Positions 9,091 to 20,137 are shown, counted from the first letter of the stretch. The stretch is DNA of 64,000 nt from Nitrososphaeraceae archaeon (GCA_035297365.1 DATGZA010000062.1:1-64000); one strand, 5' to 3'. Notes: generated from the sequence alone by a model not told the origin. A program made the numbers and translations.

Positions 9091-10173
9091 CTATCTTTTT
9101 CCTTCCTTCTTGATGTGAACTTTTCCCCAATATACTTCCAGTTTCCCTTGAAGCGATAGCCTTAAAGCCTGTAAAAGTACGGAACTTTCTAGTCTTCTGC
9201 CTTTACTTTTGATAGAATCGATATCGTCATTTTCAAGAACTTTAAAAGAATTCTGACAGATTATTGGCCCTTGGTCTAGGTCTTCAGTGACGAAATGTGC
9301 AGTACATCCCACAATTTTTGCCCCTCTTTCATAAGCTTGTGTATAGGCAAATGCTCCAGGAAAAGCAGGTAATAGTGAAGGATGAATATTTATTATTTTG
9401 TTAGGATATCTCCAGACAAAATTTGGAGTCAAAATTCGCATATATCGAGCCAATATCACAAGGTCAATATTGTAATCTTCGAAAAGTTGAAGTATCGATC
9501 TTTCAGCTTCTGTTTGGTCTTTGTGTTCTATTAAGACAAATGGTATATTGTATTTTTTTCCAATAGATTCTAGAATTCCAGTACTTCCTATTATGATTGG
9601 AATCTTTGCCTTCAGTTCATTTTTCCTATATGATTCTAAAATTTTAAGTAAACAATGATCTTCATTGCTTACTAATATTGCAATGTTTGTGGGTCTATTT
9701 GGTTCTTGATAGTGAACTTTGATCTCCATCTTTAACTCTTTTGCAAGTGCCTGTAAACCAGAATTTAGTTTGTCTTGCATAAAATTATTAACAGAGGCCT
9801 CCATCTGCATACCAAAAAGACCCTTCACAACGTTCTGATTTATTTTTTCTATATTTGCACCATTTTTAAAGATAAAATTCGTAATCTCTGCAACTACTCC
9901 TTTTCTATCTTTTCCTACAACTGTGATTTCTATGATTGTTTTTTTGTTCCTTTTTTTACTTTTATGTAATTTGTTAAAAGCTAGACTTATCTTTTCAACG
10001 GATATTGGTGATGGTTTTGACTTTTTTTCATTCGAACTGTCAGGGGGAGAATGTATTCGCGAGACTTCATCATCTGATTTTGATGATGATGAAGATGGTA
10101 AGGAAGATGATGTTGGCGAGATATGTAAATCTATATTTACATCTTTACCGATCTTTTTTCTTTGGATATCCAA
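9091..10173 (-). CDS. purU: Formyltetrahydrofolate deformylase
   Basis: ACT domain (GKDRKGVVA), LARYMRIL, INIHPSLLPAFPGA and HFVTEDLDQGPII. Ser/Lys-rich N-terminal extension. Confidence 0.93.
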   Translation of the reverse strand: MDIQRKKIGKDVNIDLHISPTSSSLPSSSSSKSDDEVSRIHSPPDSSNEKKSKPSPISVEKISLAFNKLHKSKKRNKKTIIEITVVGKDRKGVVAEITNFIFKNGANIEKINQNVVKGLFGMQMEASVNNFMQDKLNSGLQALAKELKMEIKVHYQEPNRPTNIAILVSNEDHCLLKILESYRKNELKAKIPIIIGSTGILESIGKKYNIPFVLIEHKDQTEAERSILQLFEDYNIDLVILARYMRILTPNFVWRYPNKIINIHPSLLPAFPGAFAYTQAYERGAKIVGCTAHFVTEDLDQGPIICQNSFKVLENDDIDSIKSKGRRLESSVLLQALRLSLQGKLEVYWGKVHIKKEGKR

Positions 10174-10343
10174 ATTTATGAAATTTCAGTATCTCCCTAA
10201 ATTAAATTCTACCTTTAGATCTTGAGAGTTTAAAATTTTAAGATTTTCTGAAATTTTGAGGGTTACAAAGAAAGAATTATTATTATTACTGTTATTTTCC
10301 TTGTTTTATGCTCTGCCATTTTCCTGTATTTTCTTGCTCTTAT

Positions 10344-11777
10344 TTACAAAAAAGTTTCGATGATGCGAGTATATTCTCTTATCTTTGAATTCAGTAAAGT
10401 TTCTGAAGTTGACTCACCATACATTCTAACCAGTGGTTCAGTTCCACTAGGCCTTATCATTATCCATGTTTCTTCATCGATCCATAACTTTGCCCCGTCC
10501 AATGTATCAATTTTCATGGGATTTCCATGTTCTATACATCTGGTAACTATTTTATCTGCAACTTCCTTTGAGGCACAGTTGAACTTTGTTTTATATTGTG
10601 AAATATTTCTCAAAGAACCTATTAGATCAGAAAACGTTTTGAGATTTATTTTGCTGTTATTTTGTCCACCGCTACCATAGGTATTGGGTTGAGAATCGAA
10701 AGAATTATTGTTTGCTAACATCTCTAGAATCAATGTAGTTGTCATTGCGCCGTCTCTTACTTGATTCATTTTTCCGTACATGAAACCTCCATTTTCTTCC
10801 AATCCGATTATAGCATTTCTTTTTAACATCTCTCTTGATACCTCTACACTTCCAACCTTTGTGTATATAACTTTGGATCCGAGTTCTTCAGCTACAAAGG
10901 AAACATTCATTGAAGTATTTAATGGACAGACTATTTCTGCTCCTTGGTGCTTACTACTTAAAAGATATTTTACTAATATCGCAGCGGTTCTGTCACCAGG
11001 ATGAACGGTTCCTTTCTCATCGCAGAAGATACTTCTGTCTCCGTCACCATCATACGCCACTCCGAAGTCGGCATTTGTATCTCTTACCATATTCGATAGA
11101 TTACCTAGATTTTCAACTGTAGGTTCGGGACCTCTTCCTGGAAAATTTCCATCGATATCACTATGAATGGTAGTAACCTCACAGCCAAGGTTTTCCAAAA
11201 GATATGGCGCTACGAGAGACTGTACTCCATTTCCTAGGTCAAGAACAACTTTAAATGATCTAGATCGTATTTTTTCAGCATCAACCAATGCCAGAACTGC
11301 GTCCGTATACTCCTTTGTAACGTTATTGTCTATGTAAGTCTTATGTGTACCATTAATCTTTGCAAATTCTTTTGAATAAAAAATTTCTTCAACTTTTAAT
11401 TCATCCTCCCTTGATATTTCTACACCTTCTTTTGAACAGGGCTTAATCCCATTGTACTCTGCAGGATTGTGAGAAGCTGTAATCATTATTCCACCGTTAC
11501 AATTCTTGCTCTTTATGGCATATTGAAGACATGGGGTTGGAACCTGTCCTGCAAAGATGACATCTAAACCTCCTGAATTTAAAGTGGCCGTAACAATATT
11601 TGAAAGGATGTGGCCTGAATTTCTTCCATCATATCCAACTATTATTGGTCCCTTGGCAAAATAGGTCGCTAGTGCATATGTCAAATCCACTGCCAGTTCA
11701 AATGTCAGTTCTTTTCCGTAAATTCCTCTAACTCCATTTGTTCCAAATAGCCTTTTTCTAGGGACGTCTTCTGTCAA
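10344..11777 (-). CDS. glmM: Phosphoglucosamine mutase / phosphomannomutase
   Basis: LFGTNGVRG, ITASHNP, DGDGDR and RPSGTEP motifs. Confidence 0.88.
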   Translation of the reverse strand: MTEDVPRKRLFGTNGVRGIYGKELTFELAVDLTYALATYFAKGPIIVGYDGRNSGHILSNIVTATLNSGGLDVIFAGQVPTPCLQYAIKSKNCNGGIMITASHNPAEYNGIKPCSKEGVEISREDELKVEEIFYSKEFAKINGTHKTYIDNNVTKEYTDAVLALVDAEKIRSRSFKVVLDLGNGVQSLVAPYLLENLGCEVTTIHSDIDGNFPGRGPEPTVENLGNLSNMVRDTNADFGVAYDGDGDRSIFCDEKGTVHPGDRTAAILVKYLLSSKHQGAEIVCPLNTSMNVSFVAEELGSKVIYTKVGSVEVSREMLKRNAIIGLEENGGFMYGKMNQVRDGAMTTTLILEMLANNNSFDSQPNTYGSGGQNNSKINLKTFSDLIGSLRNISQYKTKFNCASKEVADKIVTRCIEHGNPMKIDTLDGAKLWIDEETWIMIRPSGTEPLVRMYGESTSETLLNSKIREYTRIIETFL

Positions 11778-11846
11778 TTGAATTCCAATATCTAATTAAT
11801 TTAAGAATAGATAAATTTGGCTGTTTTAAATTGAAATTTAATTGCT

Positions 11847-12005
11847 GCGGGGATTGCCAAGCCTGGCCAACGGCGCAGGTCTATCAATCGTCCTTCGATG
11901 GTTGATGGTGCGAAGCTTAGAATGAATTGGTCAGCCTATTATCAATGATCATATCCTATAACCCTGTTCCTCAGGGATTCGTGGGTTCAAATCCCACTCC
12001 CCGCA
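11847..12005 (+). tRNA. tRNA-Leu(TAG) with two introns (11880-11914 and about 11922-11960)
   Basis: Acceptor GCGGGGA/TCCCCGC plus A73 and a long variable arm. Removing both inserts restores CAGGG-CTTAGAA-CCCTG. The first intron has a clean BHB motif. Confidence 0.9.
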
Positions 12006-12224
12006 CTATTTTCGTGGATACACATGAACGGTTCATTATAATTCAGAATTAGACAAATTTCTGTATTTTGCATATTTTTCTTTCTTATATGTATTTTTTA
12101 GAACGGTATTAATTGACTGTGAGTAACACTGACTATGTATTAAGAAGCTAAATTAATTATGTTAAAAATAATTAGATAATAGTATGAATTTATGTTAGTT
12201 AGTATCTTATCTGGTTACTGGCAA

Positions 12225-13208
12225 TCATTTTGTAATTGTAAACGAATCAAATATTTTTCCATTGTTTTGAATAAATTTTGCTGTAAGAAGTTGACCACTG
12301 TTAGTTATGTCAATATTTATATGACCAAAAGTGGAGCTTTGTTGTTTTGCATTAAATGGTTGCTGACCAATAAGTTTATGAAAGTTAATACCTCCGGTAC
12401 CTACTATCATATATATTTCTCCCTCTGGGTTATTATATTTTGATGTATCTTTAGTAGTAACAATAGGATTAGTAACACTCTTAGAGTTGTATTTTAATGG
12501 AAATGATCTTTGATAATCATGTATGTGAGCTTCCAGTACCAAATCTATATCATATTGATTGAAAATCGGATGATATACATCTCTTAAACTTGCACTTCCC
12601 TGGCAGGATGTAATTTTGCAACTTGTAGGTGAAGTATAAAGAGGTTTATGCAAGAGTACAATTATCCACTCAGTATTTTTCCCATTAGTAGCCTTTGCTA
12701 GATCACTTTTTACAAATTTATATTGAGATGAGTGTGGAGAGTAGGATGTTTCGGTATTCATGACAATGAAATGAACATTCTGATAATCAAATGAATAATA
12801 TGCATTAGATGGAAAAGGGAATTTTTGCTTGTATTGATTAAATCCTAACTTGGTAGTACTTTCATGATTGCCAACAGCAATTTTCATGTTGTCATGAATA
12901 TTTCCTACTTTGGTCAACCAACAGCTGGCTGTAGGTTGATAGGAATAATCTCCCAAACCTAACACTAGTTCTGGAGAGCCTAGTTTGTTTTTGTTACTTT
13001 CACTTGCTATTCCCTTTGTGGTTGCATCAGTATTTGAATTACAACCCCAATCACCGACTGCTGCAAAGTTAAAGTCAGGTGTAACTGAATAAGCTTGAGG
13101 AATGTTTACCAAAATTCCAAAAATGAATAACAACGATGATGCCATTGTTATCATGATATTCCTTTCAATGATACATTTAAAATTTCTAACTTTCACTTTT
13201 CTAATCAT
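12225..13208 (-). CDS. Secreted metallophosphoesterase (purple acid phosphatase-like)
   Basis: Signal peptide; GDWG, GDYSY, GNHE, HKPLY and AHIHDYQR motifs. Confidence 0.88.
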   Translation of the reverse strand: MIRKVKVRNFKCIIERNIMITMASSLLFIFGILVNIPQAYSVTPDFNFAAVGDWGCNSNTDATTKGIASESNKNKLGSPELVLGLGDYSYQPTASCWLTKVGNIHDNMKIAVGNHESTTKLGFNQYKQKFPFPSNAYYSFDYQNVHFIVMNTETSYSPHSSQYKFVKSDLAKATNGKNTEWIIVLLHKPLYTSPTSCKITSCQGSASLRDVYHPIFNQYDIDLVLEAHIHDYQRSFPLKYNSKSVTNPIVTTKDTSKYNNPEGEIYMIVGTGGINFHKLIGQQPFNAKQQSSTFGHINIDITNSGQLLTAKFIQNNGKIFDSFTITK

Positions 13209-13232
13209 ATGTATTTATTATCTCCATTATAG

Positions 13233-13658
13233 TCAATTAACACATGGTATAGATAGATTTGTGAATATTGCTGTTCTTCCAGAATCAACTTTCTCATCAC
13301 TATTAATATCGTCGAAGAAATTTATTATATATTTTCCAGGTGGAAGGTCATCAGCAAAGGTAGGTTCTTCAAAACCTCCTGTGCTATTTGTTTTAAAATA
13401 TCCAGAAAGACCAGTAGAATTATCTTCCGCATTCATCAAATCCCAATGTACATTGCTATTAGGCAAAAATCCTCTGGTTTCCAAAAAAATATTAAAACCT
13501 TCTATCGGTCCACAATTAGGAGTAACAGTAGCATTAAGTTCTCCATATACAGGCACTTGTAAAGTAATCAAGAGGATATTACTAACTAAAATAATTAGCC
13601 AAAAAAATAGATTCAACGATCCCAGATTAATATTTGGCGTATTTAAATAAATCGCCAT
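13233..13658 (-). CDS. Hypothetical secreted protein
   Basis: Hydrophobic N-terminus followed by a small beta-rich domain with two Cys. Co-oriented with the phosphoesterase. Confidence 0.65.
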   Translation of the reverse strand: MAIYLNTPNINLGSLNLFFWLIILVSNILLITLQVPVYGELNATVTPNCGPIEGFNIFLETRGFLPNSNVHWDLMNAEDNSTGLSGYFKTNSTGGFEEPTFADDLPPGKYIINFFDDINSDEKVDSGRTAIFTNLSIPCVN

Positions 13659-13709
13659 GATATATTGTCAATATATACTTGATGTAGTTAGACTTGTGTT
13701 ATAAAATGC

Positions 13710-13904
13710 TTGGAGCCACAACAAACAACAACAAGAATTGTCTATGAACTGTTAAGAGATAGGATAGAAGAAACCAAACTTACTACTGTTGTTGGATTTG
13801 TTGGAGATAAAATGATCAATGCTCTGAAGAGGGGAGAAGTATTTACTTTTTACGGACAACAGTGTGGAAGATGTACCTATTTTACAGGTGTACAAAGATT
13901 TTGA
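13710..13904 (+). CDS. Small hypothetical protein
   Basis: 64-aa ORF with TTG start and one CxxC. No family recognised. Confidence 0.35.
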   Translation: MEPQQTTTRIVYELLRDRIEETKLTTVVGFVGDKMINALKRGEVFTFYGQQCGRCTYFTGVQRF

Positions 13905-14082
13905 TACATGTTTCTGGTGGCAGTAAATAGAATCAAACTAAGCCTGACCAAACATGAAATGTATTCATTAATCTGTGCGTTTATTTTCTGAAAGATGTTC
14001 TTTTATTGGTAATCATTTTCTTTAGCACAACTCTGCTAAATTACTATACAATATCTGACCTAAGTAATATTACAATTTCTCT

Positions 14083-14280
14083 CTATTTACATTGATTGTT
14101 ATCTTTGTGCGCTTGATAATGTTGACCACAATAATCTTTACCGCATTCATAACAATGCCAACCTGACAAAGTATAACAAACACTACATCTTCTAACTGGA
14201 TTGTTATGGTCGTAATCTTTTCTCCCTTTTTTTGGACTCGGCTTTAGTTTAGGGCTATGACCACCTGATCCACGTTTCAT
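14083..14280 (-). CDS. Small B-box-like zinc-finger protein
   Basis: C-x2-C-x7-C-x2-C-x4-C-x2-H-x3-H-x5-C, a basic N-terminus, and AAGGAG upstream of the ATG. Confidence 0.65.
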   Translation of the reverse strand: MKRGSGGHSPKLKPSPKKGRKDYDHNNPVRRCSVCYTLSGWHCYECGKDYCGQHYQAHKDNNQCK

Positions 14281-14742
14281 CTAAATCTTCTCCTTACTCA
14301 AAATGAATAACCGATTGTAGTTTCAAATAATACACATCCTTGTTTATACATGAGAATATTTCGAGGGTTTTCCATATTCTGGATACAACTTTAAAGTTTG
14401 CTTCAAATTTCTTTAAATATTAAACAATCTATTATATTAGTTTTAGCTTTAATGATCGCACACTACAAAAAAATATTGTTATTTTTATAATGTGAATTGA
14501 AATTTTATTTTAACTATATATCAATTTTGATCAGCAAATTATTATTTAGAATTAGTTTGTAAAAAAGGAATTAATGTCTGGAGCAAAAGAATCTGTTTTA
14601 TTGAAAAAGGAATGAATGATTTAAAAATTATCAAAACTTTTGTATCTATAAACAACTCTTCAAAAGAATTATGACTGAGGTAACGTTTTAATATGCTATA
14701 TTTTGTAGAAAGATGGATGATCCCAAAGGGTGATATTAACTA

Positions 14743-15141
14743 ATGAGTAAACCGTATTATGTTAAATTTCAAGTTCCAAAGGATTTAGTAACAGCTATTT
14801 ACGAGGCAGTTAGAGTTTCTAGAGAAAGTGGAAAAGTAAGAAAAGGAACAAATGAAACAACTAAAGCTATCGAACGTGGAGTAAGCAAATTGGCCGTCAT
14901 AGCAGAGGATGTCGAACCACCAGAAGTTGTTGCTCATCTTCCAATTATATGTGAAGAAAGAAACACACCTTATGTTTTTGTGCCGAGTAAACAGCAACTA
15001 GGCGAGTCTCTTGGAATTTCTGTAGGCTCGGCTGCAGCTACGATAATAGATGCGGGTGATTCTCAACACATTGTTGACGAAATAATTATCGCTTTAAAGA
15101 ATCAGAATCCCAAATCAGATAAACAACAGCAACAACAATAG
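14743..15141 (+). CDS. rpl7ae: 50S ribosomal protein L7Ae
   Basis: [13 protein letters not shown] and [15 protein letters not shown] motifs. Confidence 0.98.
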   Translation: MSKPYYVKFQVPKDLVTAIYEAVRVSRESGKVRKGTNETTKAIERGVSKLAVIAEDVEPPEVVAHLPIICEERNTPYVFVPSKQQLGESLGISVGSAAATIIDAGDSQHIVDEIIIALKNQNPKSDKQQQQQ

Positions 15142-15166
15142 TAAGTTCTGAGGTGAAAAATGATCT

Positions 15167-15382
15167 ATGAGTAAGACTATGGAAGAAAAGATTGTTCCTG
15201 CCGAAGTTATTCAGATAGTTGGTAGGACTGGAATTGCTGGAGAGGTAATTCAGGTCAGAGTAAAGGTATTAGACGGAAAAGACAAGGGAAGGATACTGAC
15301 GAGAAATGTAAAAGGCGCAGTTCGCATGAATGATGTTCTTATACTCCGAGAAACCGAACGCGAGGCAAGAAAGATCAAGTAA
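15167..15382 (+). CDS. rps28e: 30S ribosomal protein S28e
   Basis: [14 protein letters not shown]...RNVKG...LRETEREAR. Confidence 0.98.
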   Translation: MSKTMEEKIVPAEVIQIVGRTGIAGEVIQVRVKVLDGKDKGRILTRNVKGAVRMNDVLILRETEREARKIK

Positions 15383-15451
15383 TAAGAAAAGTGGTGGAAA
15401 CGTAACGTTATTAAATTATAACCAGCTACAATGTTTTTTAGGTAACTAAAA

Positions 15452-15667
15452 ATGAGTAGAACAGCTGCATCTTTACGTAATTGCTTCTTCTGTGGTGAAC
15501 GTATTCAGTCTGGAACTGGTATTATGCTAGTCAAAAATGATGGCTCGATTCAATGGACCTGTTCAAATAAATGTAAAAAAAATCTTAGAAACCTAAAAAG
15601 AGACCCTAGGAAATTCAAATGGACAAAGAAATACGTAAAAGGCGGGTTAAAAGCTGCTAAAGGATAA
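15452..15667 (+). CDS. rpl24e: 50S ribosomal protein L24e
   Basis: CFFCG...GTGIMLVKNDG...CSNKC...PRKFKWT. Confidence 0.98.
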   Translation: MSRTAASLRNCFFCGERIQSGTGIMLVKNDGSIQWTCSNKCKKNLRNLKRDPRKFKWTKKYVKGGLKAAKG

Positions 15668-15747
15668 CCGAATAGCTAAATAGATAACTATAATCTTTAA
15701 AGGAAAAATAAAGCTTAGTTTCAAAAAATAATAATCAAAATAGAGAG

Positions 15748-16173
15748 ATGAATTTGATGTCTGAACAAACATTAATTGTTATTAAACCAGATGCCTTTTC
15801 CAGAAAATTGACTGGAAAAATCCTGTCACGATTTGAAGATAAAGGTTTTATTATAAAGGAACTAAAAACTTTCAATTTTACAAAGGAGAGAGCAGAAGAG
15901 TTTTATTCTGCACATAAACATAAATCATTTTTCGGAGACCTTGTCGCTTTTATTTCATCATCCACGGTCGTATCTTGCATTTTGGAAGGTGAAAACGCTA
16001 TAAACACTGTTAGACTTATGATCGGTTCTACTAGATCTTTTGATGCCCAACCAGGTACTATTCGTGGTGATTATGGTCTGGGAGTAACTGATAATATTAT
16101 ACACGCGTCAGACTCTTATGAAAGCTTCATAAAAGAGTCGCAAGTGATTTTTGATAGTAGTATACCTAAGTGA
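15748..16173 (+). CDS. ndk: Nucleoside diphosphate kinase
   Basis: IKPDA, PGTIRGD and NIIHASDS motifs. Confidence 0.97.
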   Translation: MNLMSEQTLIVIKPDAFSRKLTGKILSRFEDKGFIIKELKTFNFTKERAEEFYSAHKHKSFFGDLVAFISSSTVVSCILEGENAINTVRLMIGSTRSFDAQPGTIRGDYGLGVTDNIIHASDSYESFIKESQVIFDSSIPK

Positions 16174-18023
16174 ATTTAAGACAGCCCGTTGTTGTAGTTT
16201 TGGGTCACGTAGACTCAGGAAAGACCTCATTGCTAGATAAGATTAGAGGAACGGGAGTGCAAGCTAGAGAGGCAGGTGGAATCACACAACACATTGGTGC
16301 CAGTTTTTTTCCAATTGAAACGATAAAAAAAATAACAGGAGTTCTATATGAGAAACTTGCCAAAGCCGATGAAAAGATTCCTGGTCTTTTATTTATCGAT
16401 ACTCCTGGACATGAGGTCTTTGCAAATCTTCGAACCAGGGGGGGTTCTGCTGCAGATATAGCTATTGTAGTAGCAGATGTCAATAAAGGTTTTGAACCTC
16501 AAACGCTGGAAAGTATTGAGATTTTAAAGAAAAGAAGAGTTCCGTTCGTTGTAGCGCTAAATAAAATCGACATGATCTCAGGATGGAAAGTATTAGGAGG
16601 ATTAGGAAAAAAAAGTTCAAAAAAAACAGCCGCTAGCGCCCGTTATAGTAATAAAGATATCAAATTACCATTCATTACTGAAGAGATAAAACATCAAGAC
16701 GCGAACATTCTTACACAACTAGATGAAAAAATTTACACAGTTGTAGGATCACTTTCGAGATTAGGATATACTTCTGAAGCATTCTGGAGAGTAAAAGAGT
16801 TTGATAAGGAACTTGCAATAGTTCCTATAAGTGCTGTTACTGGTGTTGGGATACCAGAACTCTTAACGGTATTGGTTGGACTAACCCAGCAATATATGAA
16901 AAAAAGATTAGAACGACGATCTGATCAAGTAAGGGGAATAGTTCTTGAAGTCAACGAGGAAACGGGCTTAGGACAATCTGCCAACATAATTCTGTTAGAT
17001 GGTACTTTAAGACAGGGTGACATGGTTATGGTTTCTAAACGAGATGAGATTATAGTAACAAAATTAAAAGCATTACTTCTTCCAAAACCACTCGATGAAA
17101 TGAGGGATCCCCGCGATAAATTTAGATCTGTCGACGAAGTTGTCTCTGCGGCAGGATTGAAAATTGTCTCTCCAGACCTTGATGGAGTTCTTGCAGGTAC
17201 TCCTATCTATGTTGTAAATAGTAAAAGCGAGGAGGAAACAATAAGATCATTAATAGAATCTGAGGTAAAAGGAACATTCATTAGCAATACAGACTCTAAC
17301 GGCGTGATTTTAAAATGCGATACACTTGGTTCTCTTGAAGCTATAATTGACATGCTTAAAAAGGAACATATTCCAATCCAGACTGCGGATATTGGTAATA
17401 TTACAAGGAGGGATGTTCTTGCATCCTATGCAGTCAAAGAAAAGGATCGATATCTCGGTGTGATCTTGGGGTTCAATGTTAAACTTCTGGAAGATGCTAG
17501 TAAGGAGGCTTTTGAAAGAAATGTTACCATTTTTAATGAAAATATAATATATAATCTGGTTAGATCGTATACTGACTGGGTTCAGTACCAACGAGATCAT
17601 GCTGATTCAATAATATTTAATGAAATACCTCCAATGTGTAAATTCCAGTTCATGAAAGGATTTGTATTCCGACGAAACGATCCTGCAGTATTTGGAGCCG
17701 AAATTCTTGTGGGAAAATTAAGACAAAAAATTAACGTTATAAACGAAGATGGTGCAAAAATCGGGACGATTCACCAAATTCAAGATAAGGGAAAGAATCT
17801 TGACGAAGCCACAAAGGGAATGCAGGTTGCCGTTTCGATTCGAGGACCTACCATAGGAAGACAGATAAACGAAGGTGAAATATTTTTAACTGATCTTTCA
17901 AGTAAACAGGCCAAACTTTTGTTAGAGAGGTTTGAACACAGATTGAACGAAGAAGAAAAGGAGATCTTTGAAACTATTCTTCGACTCAAAAGAGCAAAAG
18001 ATCAAGCTTTTGGTTATCTTTAA
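16170..18023 (+). CDS. infB: Translation initiation factor aIF5B (IF-2)
   Basis: LRQPVVVVLGHVDSGKT, EAGGITQHIGA, DTPGHE and NKID motifs. The GTG start overlaps the ndk stop. Confidence 0.98.
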   Translation: MNLRQPVVVVLGHVDSGKTSLLDKIRGTGVQAREAGGITQHIGASFFPIETIKKITGVLYEKLAKADEKIPGLLFIDTPGHEVFANLRTRGGSAADIAIVVADVNKGFEPQTLESIEILKKRRVPFVVALNKIDMISGWKVLGGLGKKSSKKTAASARYSNKDIKLPFITEEIKHQDANILTQLDEKIYTVVGSLSRLGYTSEAFWRVKEFDKELAIVPISAVTGVGIPELLTVLVGLTQQYMKKRLERRSDQVRGIVLEVNEETGLGQSANIILLDGTLRQGDMVMVSKRDEIIVTKLKALLLPKPLDEMRDPRDKFRSVDEVVSAAGLKIVSPDLDGVLAGTPIYVVNSKSEEETIRSLIESEVKGTFISNTDSNGVILKCDTLGSLEAIIDMLKKEHIPIQTADIGNITRRDVLASYAVKEKDRYLGVILGFNVKLLEDASKEAFERNVTIFNENIIYNLVRSYTDWVQYQRDHADSIIFNEIPPMCKFQFMKGFVFRRNDPAVFGAEILVGKLRQKINVINEDGAKIGTIHQIQDKGKNLDEATKGMQVAVSIRGPTIGRQINEGEIFLTDLSSKQAKLLLERFEHRLNEEEKEIFETILRLKRAKDQAFGYL

Positions 18024-19118
18024 TATAATGACCAACCCTACACAATATATTTAACTTCTGTAAATCCTATATTTATTTATTGTTTATATCAGTTAAATTG
18101 AATTTTATATAGCAGTAATATTCCTGATATCACTATTATTATCAATGTACAAATAAACATTAAAAGAAAGCAAGAAAGACATCATTTGGGGAATAGTCGA
18201 AGAAACAATAGATCCAGTAATCCACGAGAATCTTAAAAATTTAAATGTTATTGACAGGACTTGGAACAACCTGGAAATCCACCTGAGGATTAAATTTAAA
18301 ATTAGAATTATTAGTTATCTATTGATTCGTATGTTTTAAATGCATTTTATAAATATATTAGTTTCTTTAATTGATTGTCATGAAAACTATTGTGACGATT
18401 CAATTACAGCATGTTACTTTTGTACATTCTGTTATACCACGAAAATATCTAATCAAAGAAATTATTTTCCAAAATACAATCCAGCAAATAAGAACATTAT
18501 ATAACGATCAAGACTTGATATGTATTTGATATCTTATGGGTTACAAATTAGGAATTAGCGCATTACATGACTAACCGAATTCGATCATAAGTTATTACAG
18601 TAAGTAATAAATAATTATACGAAACAAAATTAATTCATGAAGATGTATAATGATTTATATGTTGAAATAATTCTAATCTTAAACGTAATTTTGATCCTAT
18701 CTTGATAGTTTCATATTTTGAGAGATAATGTGTAAAATCTAAATATATTTTATGCTCTTAAAATAAGAAAAATATTATTTATTATTCATTTTTTATCAAA
18801 TCGTAACATTATCTTTCTGTGAATAAGTTATTTTGTAAATAGATAAAATAAAAAAAATGACTATAAAAATATATTTTTTGTACGATGTTTATAGATACTT
18901 CGTGACCATTTTACTTTTAAGGTTGGTACCGAAATTGTAAAGCCAGCATTACTGAAGCTATAAAATAGATTCAACTAACCCAATATTTAGATCTACTTTT
19001 AGCCAATTTTTGGTATTATTTCATTATGTTATACCAGAAAATCAAATACCATTGGTATAATGGTATTTTGTTATTTTATTTACGCCCAGATGTTAATGTT
19101 AGATTTATGGGCACTCAA

Positions 19119-19328
19119 TTATTTAGACAACCTTCTAAGAATCTCATTATTTATTTCTTCCAATTTTATTTGTTCACCCTTTCTTCCTGGAGTTTTCATA
19201 ATTTGTTGTTTAACCCTTCTAAATTCTTCTTCTAATTTATCTTCATACAAAGAGTGTTTGCTACGTAGTTCGTTAATATACAATATTCTAAATTCTTCTT
19301 CTTTTATTTCGTCTAAATTGTCTGACAT
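19119..19328 (-). CDS. Small charged hypothetical protein
   Basis: 69-aa helical E/K/R-rich ORF with ATG start and an AT-rich TATA-like sequence upstream. Confidence 0.55.
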   Translation of the reverse strand: MSDNLDEIKEEEFRILYINELRSKHSLYEDKLEEEFRRVKQQIMKTPGRKGEQIKLEEINNEILRRLSK

Positions 19329-19933
19329 AATATATATATTATATTCGATACTATATTTAAAGTATCTATTTTTTAGAAATTTATTTATTTTAACATGTTT
19401 AATCTTATAATATTTACAAACGCAGTTATAAATAATTCAATCAATTTTAACTTTTGATTCGGTTCTTCTATAACTTTTTTTATTTTTATTTTACTTACCT
19501 GTATTATATTTCGCAATTGATTATAATCGAAGTAGTTATAAAAGTAATTATCTATATAGATCACAGCAGAGTTGTTACAATTTGTCTAGTAAATTATTAA
19601 TAATATGTCAAATTGGCATCCTGATACTATTAATATTATCAAGCCGTTCGACGAATATAATTTTTCTTTATATACGACCTAAATTGATTTTATGAGACAA
19701 GCAACAAATCTGCTGATTCGACCTTTTGGATATTATTACAGATGTATTTACTTAAGGGAATCTACTAACTAAATAAAAAATTCATTTAATATCGAGTAAT
19801 AAACATATTTAAAAAATAATATCTTGCCTATTAATTCAAAGTTAACATAGTAATTCCAAGGATATGATTAAAAATATAAATAGAAATTGAAATAAATACA
19901 GTAATATATATACAATGGAACAAATTATATATT

Positions 19934-20137
19934 ATGTCAAGTCTTATAATAGAATCATATCAAAATTCAACTGTGAACACAATTCTGGATGACATTGCTA
20001 AAAAATACACTATTGATACTTCGAAAGATCGACTAAGCAAAGATGCATCTATTCAAGAAATCAAATTTAAGTATAGGACCTACTCCGAATGTGTAAAAAT
20101 GTTGTATAAAAAAGTACAAGATCTGCAGGAGATTTAG
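19934..20137 (+). CDS. Small hypothetical protein
   Basis: 67-aa ORF with TATATATA about 25-30 nt upstream. Confidence 0.55.
   Translation: MSSLIIESYQNSTVNTILDDIAKKYTIDTSKDRLSKDASIQEIKFKYRTYSECVKMLYKKVQDLQEI

Noticed and set aside
13102-13650. 182-aa plus-strand ORF
   Set aside because: Shadow of two minus-strand secreted-protein genes that have more protein-like features.
12006-14742. Intact provirus or casposon at tRNA-Leu
   Set aside because: No integrase, Cas1, polymerase, capsid gene or att duplication is visible.
16170-18023. Intein in aIF5B
   Set aside because: Length is near normal. The only insertion is a short K/S-rich loop lacking intein terminal motifs.
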